A DNA stretch of 32,452 bases from Deltaproteobacteria bacterium (GTDB lineage Bacteria > CG2-30-53-67). The DNA is taken from NCBI GenBank assembly GCA_013151235.1, contig JAADIO010000024.1, positions 1 to 32,452 of the forward strand. The letters run 5' to 3'. Both the position numbers and the translations under genes were made by a program. Of the stretch, positions 27,245 to 32,452 are shown piece by piece; the stretch's first letter is position 1, and the number at the start of each line of letters is the position of its first letter. Below the pieces are notes generated by a model. That model made no database searches, was not told the origin of the DNA, and saw only the letters and a program-made list of their open reading frames with translations.

Positions 27245-28557
27245 TTGCTCTCGACCTGGCATCCTACAGGGAAATTGTACAGGAGGCGTCCGTTCTTCAG
27301 GCCAGCGGCACGGTTGCCCGTGTGACCGGACTCTTGATCGAAGCCGATGGTCCGGCGACCCGGCTTGGGGGACTGTGCGAGATCTTCCCAAGCAGTGGAG
27401 ACGAACCGATCCGAGCGGAGGTCGTCGGATTCCGGGAGCATAAGATTCTCTTGATGCCTTTCAGCTCGAGCCTCGGGATTGGTCCGGGCGACCGGATTAC
27501 CGCCATGCAGTCGGTCGGGACGGTGCGGGTGGGACCGCAACTGTTGGGCCGCGTGATCAATGGTTTTGGAAACGTGATCGATGGGGGGGAAGAACTTTCC
27601 TGCCGGGAGGAGGCCTTGCTCCATACATTGCCCCTGAATCCCCTGTCTCGCAAACGGATCCGGGAACCCCTCGATCTTGGAATTCGTGCGCTCAACGGGT
27701 TGCTTACCTGCGGAAAAGGACAGCGTCTCGGGATTCTGGCCGGAAGCGGCGTCGGGAAGAGTATTCTTCTCGGGATGATCGCCCGGTATACCCGTGCGGA
27801 GATCAATGTCATTGCCCTGATCGGCGAGCGGGGGAGGGAGGTCCGTGAATTCATTGAGAAAGACCTGGGCCCGGAAGGGTTGAAGCGTTCGGTCGTGGTG
27901 GTCGCTACCTCCGACCAGTCCCCTCTCCTTCGTATCCGGGCGGCCTATGCGGCGACGGCCATCGCAGAGTATTTCCGGGACCGGGGCCGTGATGTCAACC
28001 TGATGATGGATTCCGTGACCCGGTTTGCCATGGCGCAGCGTGAAATCGGACTGGCCGTGGGGGAACCGCCGACGACGAAAGGATATACCCCGTCCGTTTT
28101 TGCACTGCTTCCCAAATTGCTCGAACGCGCCGGGACCTGTTCGGGCAAAGGGACCATTACCGGTCTCTATACCGTTTTGGTGGAAGGGGATGATATGAAT
28201 GAGCCGATTGCCGATGCGACCCGGGCGATCCTGGACGGGCATATTGTTCTTTCCCGGGCACTGGCGGCACAGGATCATTATCCTGCAATCGACGTTCTCA
28301 GCAGTAAAAGTCGGGTCATGATCGATGTGGTGGACCCGGAACACCGGGCACTGGCAAACCGGATGATTGCGACACTGGCTACTTATAAGAATGCCGAAGA
28401 CTTGATCAATATCGGTGCCTATGTAAGCGGCAGCAATCCGAAAATAGATGAAGCCATCGGAAAGATTGATGCCATTCAGGCCTATCTTCAGCAAGGGATC
28501 GGTGAACAGGTTGTTCTGGACGAAAGTGTGGCCGGCCTGAGAAAAATATTTACGTAA
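27241..28557 (+). CDS. fliI: Flagellar export ATPase FliI
   Basis: AGSGVGKS, IGERGREVREF, MDSVTRFAMAQREIGL, LDGHIVLSR. Confidence 0.97.
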   Translation: MIALDLASYREIVQEASVLQASGTVARVTGLLIEADGPATRLGGLCEIFPSSGDEPIRAEVVGFREHKILLMPFSSSLGIGPGDRITAMQSVGTVRVGPQLLGRVINGFGNVIDGGEELSCREEALLHTLPLNPLSRKRIREPLDLGIRALNGLLTCGKGQRLGILAGSGVGKSILLGMIARYTRAEINVIALIGERGREVREFIEKDLGPEGLKRSVVVVATSDQSPLLRIRAAYAATAIAEYFRDRGRDVNLMMDSVTRFAMAQREIGLAVGEPPTTKGYTPSVFALLPKLLERAGTCSGKGTITGLYTVLVEGDDMNEPIADATRAILDGHIVLSRALAAQDHYPAIDVLSSKSRVMIDVVDPEHRALANRMIATLATYKNAEDLINIGAYVSGSNPKIDEAIGKIDAIQAYLQQGIGEQVVLDESVAGLRKIFT

Positions 28558-28606
28558 CCGGATGTTTCCGCCGGGAAGGTTGCCCCGGAGACCTGTGGAG
28601 CATGAA

Positions 28607-29107
28607 ATGTATCGTTTTCGATTTGAGTCGGTTCTGCGATACCGGCAACAGGCCATGGACCAGGTCCGAAGGGAGTTCTCCGAGCTGCAACGAAAACTGG
28701 TCACGGAATATTCCCGGCTCGATCTGCTCGAACAGACCGGGCGGGAGTATGCCCGGCTCTTCCATGAACGACAGGGGGAGGGAATCGCGATCCGGGAAGT
28801 CGGCCTGTTTCAATCTTTCTTCCATCGGCTCCATTTCGAGACGGATGCCCAGCGAAAAAAACTTTATTCCTTGAACCAGCGTGTCGAAGGCAAGCGGCAG
28901 GAACTGCTCGATGCTTCGAAGAAAAAAAAAGTTCTGGAGCGTCTCCGTGAAGTTGAAGAAGATCAGTATCGTGAAGAAGAGCGAAAACGGGAGCAGCGTC
29001 AATATGATGAAATTGCCGTGAACAAGATTACCCGGGCACAGGCGATCTGGAGGGCGCCCGGGACGGATGAAGATCTCGTCCGGACCGGGGAGAAGGGAGA
29101 GAGATGA
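28607..29107 (+). CDS. fliJ: Flagellar export protein FliJ
   Basis: MYRFRFESVLRYR N-terminus, coiled coil, EQRQYDE; follows fliI. Confidence 0.9.
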   Translation: MYRFRFESVLRYRQQAMDQVRREFSELQRKLVTEYSRLDLLEQTGREYARLFHERQGEGIAIREVGLFQSFFHRLHFETDAQRKKLYSLNQRVEGKRQELLDASKKKKVLERLREVEEDQYREEERKREQRQYDEIAVNKITRAQAIWRAPGTDEDLVRTGEKGER

Positions 29108-29646
29108 AGGGAAAGAGAATAACGTTGTGCATGCTTTGTTTGATGACCTGGATGGCCATGCCGGCCTCTCTCTCCGCTGCGGAGAAGAACGCCGGGGAAA
29201 TGATCTCGGACAAGACTGCGGGGACGCCCGCCACCGTTGCGGAAGCGGATCAACAGTTGATCCGGACCGTTGCCATGGAGCGGGTTAATCTTGATATGAT
29301 GCGGCGGAATCTTATTCTGAGACAGAATCGTTTGAAGCAGACACGAAAGGAGATTGAAGGTCGAATTCAAGATCTTCTCCAACTGCGCAAAGAGGTGGAC
29401 GCCAAAATTCAAACCTTGCAGAACGTGGGGCAGAAGGAAATGCAGCATCTGGTCAAGGTCTATGAGGCCATGAGCCCGGAAGAAGCGGCACCCCTGATGG
29501 AAGGATTAAAGCAGAACATCGCCGTGGAACTGCTTTCCCGTATGCGGGACAAAAAGGCCGGCAAGATCCTGGAGTTGGTCCAAAAAAAGAAGGCGGAGGC
29601 ACTCACGGAGGTCCTGGCCAGAAGAAAAAAATTAAACAGCAAATAG
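29104..29646 (+). CDS. MotE/MgtE-N-like flagellar protein
   Basis: Signal peptide, coiled coil, LVKVYEAMSPEEAA...LLSRMRDKKAGKIL; conserved position between fliJ and fliK. Confidence 0.85.
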   Translation: MKGKRITLCMLCLMTWMAMPASLSAAEKNAGEMISDKTAGTPATVAEADQQLIRTVAMERVNLDMMRRNLILRQNRLKQTRKEIEGRIQDLLQLRKEVDAKIQTLQNVGQKEMQHLVKVYEAMSPEEAAPLMEGLKQNIAVELLSRMRDKKAGKILELVQKKKAEALTEVLARRKKLNSK

Positions 29647-29711
29647 ATCCGGATTCCCCGACGGTGTGATGCCGGTTCGGGATTGATCCCAACAGAAAGG
29701 AGGTGATATCC

Positions 29712-31337
29712 ATGAAAACGATCAGTATGGAAATGCTGGTCCCAGCAGCATCGCAGGCAGGGCCGCCGGAGGCCGCTGCGGCGCCGGAACAGGGTTCCTC
29801 CTTTCGGAAAACGTTTGCATCTGTACGGGAGAAAGCCGGAATCGGGAAGAACGCGTCCACGGTTCGCGCCCACGTGCATCGAGACGATAAAACCGCCCGG
29901 CAGTCGAACCATGCAAGAAAAACCGGTGGGAAGAGAGAGAATGCCGTTCATGCAGAGGGAGAAACCGGGAATGCCGGGACATCAGGGAAGGTGCATGCCC
30001 AGGAAGGGAAACAAGCGAAATCCTCCGGAGATTCAGCGACCGGGGGAAAACCCCGTGCGAAGAAAGGGCACGCAATGAAGGCCTCGGACAAAGTTCCGGG
30101 AGGCAATGTTCCTGTTGCGGCTTGCCCGGTCCGGGCGGTTCTCGGGAGCCGGATTCCCCGGCCGGAGATCCCGCTCCTTCCGGGGTCTGAGAAAAATCCT
30201 GTTGAAACTACGGCACGTTCGGGAAGCCCGCCGGGCGAAGAAAATGACGATATGAAGATCCCGGTTTCTGTAAAGAGTGTTTCTCTTCGCTTGTTGGAAG
30301 AAGAGAAGACGGCCGGGATAAAGGAAAGGCACACGGCATCGAAAATCGAAACGGCGGAGGTCCGGACAGAGAACCTGCAAAAGGAATCTCTTCCGCTCTC
30401 TGCGGCACATTCCCCTGGGACCGGAAAGAAGGACCTTCCGATTCCGAAGGTGGTACCGGCCTCCGGAAAGGACCCGGTTCGGCATGACAGTCTTTCTCCG
30501 GTTCGCCCTCTTTCCGCAGATAAGGTGTCGGAGGTTTCGGGAGTTTTTAAGGGGACCCTCCGAACGCCGGGGAATACGACGGTCCGTACGGAGGCGGGAA
30601 ATCTTCTCTTCTCCGAAAACCGGAAGTTTTCCTCTACGCAACGGCGGAAAACTCCCTTGACGAAAAAGGTGTCATCAACGGGGATGCCGCCGCTGTCCGA
30701 CAAAGTGGTCCTTCTCAATGGAGCAAAGCCGGTCCAGCGAAAGGATTCCGGATCTTTGTGGTTTTCGGAGGCCTTCGCGGAAACACCGACGCAGCATTTC
30801 TTCTCTTCCGGGGGAGCGCTTTCCACAGCAGGTCCCGGAAAGAGTCCGGCCGTCGTTGTTCCGGACTTCGGCAAACAGTTGACTCCGGGTCTCCTCGCGC
30901 AGGTGCAGTCACAACTGCATCGGATGGCCCTGCGGGGCAGAGAGAAAATCACCCTTCATCTTCATCCGGATGTGTTAGGAAAACTAAAGATGAATATCTC
31001 TTTGCAGAACCATCATCTTGTTGCGGAGGTGACGACCGATTCATCAATGACCCGGGAGATTCTTTCCAGTCATGTGCATACCCTGAAAGCGGCTCTCCTT
31101 GATCAGGGGATTCGGCTGGATCGATTCGATGTACAGCTTCAGGATCACACTGCCGACGGAGGGTACCGTCAGTCCGGTCATGCTTTCCGGGAACAGACCC
31201 GGCAGCAGCGTCAGGAACGAGGCTACCCCGGGGCCTTCCCTCCGGAGGAGATCCCGGTGGCTTCAGGGATCTCAGAGGTCTCATCGGGCAGACCTCCGAG
31301 GGGGGCCTTGAGTTCTGAAATTAACCTGTTTGTTTGA
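29712..31337 (+). CDS. fliK: Flagellar hook-length control protein FliK
   Basis: Long low-complexity N-terminus and C-terminal ITLHLHPDVLGKL...LKAALLDQGI domain. ATG 29712 follows AAGGAGGTG; upstream of flgD. Confidence 0.88.
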   Translation: MKTISMEMLVPAASQAGPPEAAAAPEQGSSFRKTFASVREKAGIGKNASTVRAHVHRDDKTARQSNHARKTGGKRENAVHAEGETGNAGTSGKVHAQEGKQAKSSGDSATGGKPRAKKGHAMKASDKVPGGNVPVAACPVRAVLGSRIPRPEIPLLPGSEKNPVETTARSGSPPGEENDDMKIPVSVKSVSLRLLEEEKTAGIKERHTASKIETAEVRTENLQKESLPLSAAHSPGTGKKDLPIPKVVPASGKDPVRHDSLSPVRPLSADKVSEVSGVFKGTLRTPGNTTVRTEAGNLLFSENRKFSSTQRRKTPLTKKVSSTGMPPLSDKVVLLNGAKPVQRKDSGSLWFSEAFAETPTQHFFSSGGALSTAGPGKSPAVVVPDFGKQLTPGLLAQVQSQLHRMALRGREKITLHLHPDVLGKLKMNISLQNHHLVAEVTTDSSMTREILSSHVHTLKAALLDQGIRLDRFDVQLQDHTADGGYRQSGHAFREQTRQQRQERGYPGAFPPEEIPVASGISEVSSGRPPRGALSSEINLFV

Positions 31338-31355
31338 AGGAAAGGAGGTGAAGCG

Positions 31356-32015
31356 ATGTTGAATTCAGTCAGTTCGGATTCAAATATTCTTTCGTCGGTT
31401 TCTACGAATGGAAAGGAGGAAGCGACACTGGAGAAGGATCAGTTTCTGAAGATTCTGGTCGCACAGATGAAGTACCAGGATCCGATGAACCCGGTTCAAG
31501 GGACGGACTTTACCAATCAGCTTGCTCAGTTCTCGAGTCTGGAGCAGCTCATCCAGGTGAATTCCAACCTGGGATCGGTCCAGTCCGGTCAGAAGGAGCT
31601 GGGAGAATTGTCGATGTCGAACTATCTCGGGAAGCATGTTTTAAGCAAAGGCTCCGAAATTTCCGTTACGGATGGGACGCCGGCTGCGGCAAGCTATGAT
31701 TTGCAGGGGACTGCGGCAAGCGGGACCCTTACGGTGTTTGATGAGGAAGGTTCCATCGTCCGGATTATCGACCTGGGGAAGAAGGCTCCCGGACGCTACG
31801 ATGTCACTTGGGATGGGAAAGACATGCAGGGGAATCTCGTATCCGATGGGATGTACCGTTTTCAGACCGACTTCTATGATGCAGAGGGAGGCTATGTGTC
31901 TTCCGAAAGTTATCAGACCGGAAAGGTCCAGCGAATCATCTTTCAGGACGGCGTAGCCTCTTTTGATCTCGGCAATACGCAGGTTCCGGTGGAAAGTGTG
32001 GTCGAGGTCTACTGA
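31356..32015 (+). CDS. flgD: Flagellar hook capping protein FlgD
   Basis: FLKILVAQMKYQDPMNP, QLAQFSSLEQ, WDGKD Ig-like domain. Confidence 0.96.
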   Translation: MLNSVSSDSNILSSVSTNGKEEATLEKDQFLKILVAQMKYQDPMNPVQGTDFTNQLAQFSSLEQLIQVNSNLGSVQSGQKELGELSMSNYLGKHVLSKGSEISVTDGTPAAASYDLQGTAASGTLTVFDEEGSIVRIIDLGKKAPGRYDVTWDGKDMQGNLVSDGMYRFQTDFYDAEGGYVSSESYQTGKVQRIIFQDGVASFDLGNTQVPVESVVEVY

Positions 32016-32066
32016 GAGGATTTAATCCCAGGCGTGAACGAAGCCGTTATTCCAAGAGGCAATCCA

Positions 32067-32452
32067 ATGATTGACAGACTTTTACAGCATCCGTCTTCGG
32101 TATCCCGGGCTGGGGCGGATCGAGTGACACGGACCGGGAATCCCATGCCTCCGGCAAAGGGGGCGGGTACGGCGCCGTCGGGAAGTCCTTTTGATGCCGC
32201 TTTGCAAAAGGCAATCGGAAGCCGGGAAATTCGTTTTTCCCGTCATGCCATGGACCGGATGAACCGTCGTAATATCAACCTTGATCCCAGTGAGATGGCC
32301 CGGCTGGAAGGTGCCATCGATCGTGCGGAGAAGTCCGGGATGAAGGAGTCGCTGGTCATTTTCGATCAGAATGCGCTGATCGTGAGTGTTCCCAACCGGA
32401 CGGTCATTACCGCCATGGACCGATCGTCGATGCAGGACAATCTGGTAACCCA
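32067..32452 (+). CDS. TIGR02530-family flagellar operon protein, 3'-truncated by window edge
   Basis: Not in the ORF track. Manual translation MIDRLLQH...IRFSRHAMDRMNRRNI...KESLVIFDQNALIVSVPNRTVITAMD matches the family motifs; follows flgD. Confidence 0.88.
   Translation, partial: MIDRLLQHPSSVSRAGADRVTRTGNPMPPAKGAGTAPSGSPFDAALQKAIGSREIRFSRHAMDRMNRRNINLDPSEMARLEGAIDRAEKSGMKESLVIFDQNALIVSVPNRTVITAMDRSSMQDNLVT

Noticed and set aside
32023-32050. Sigma28-like TAAT-N16-GCCGTTAT before the TIGR02530 gene
   Set aside because: Imperfect match, and it would leave a leader of only about 10 nt that cuts into the RBS; the gene is more simply part of the flgB operon.
12000-32452. Visually frequent CCGG and GATC words
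   Set aside because: Explainable by CGG, ATC and GAT codon preference; significance cannot be tested without computation.

Overview
Bacterial chromosomal window; the gene order resembles Deltaproteobacteria/Nitrospirota, which is an inference. It has three blocks. (1) 1-9290: a lower-GC Wzx/Wzy-type surface polysaccharide locus with a flippase, a Wzy/O-antigen-ligase-family membrane protein, four glycosyltransferases and three different PAPS-dependent sulfotransferases, so the product is probably a sulfated glycan. (2) About 9340-11900: a small accessory island in which two self-promoted toxin-antitoxin modules (MNT-HEPN on the minus strand, MazE-MazF on the plus strand) each sit between copies of a composite hairpin-rich direct repeat. 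There are three copies about 1.06-1.08 kb apart, and a perfect 31-bp direct repeat also brackets mazEF. No recombinase or transposase is present in the window. This cassette-like arrangement is the most unusual feature. (3) 12099-32452: a signalling and flagellar block. Two soluble histidine kinases precede a FleQ/FlrA-like sigma54 activator. A sigma54 promoter then drives a TPR protein, a FleS/FlrB-like kinase and a FleR/FlrC/FlbD-like activator. A second sigma54 promoter drives flgB flgC fliE fliF fliG fliH fliI fliJ motE-like fliK flgD and a TIGR02530-family gene cut by the window edge.
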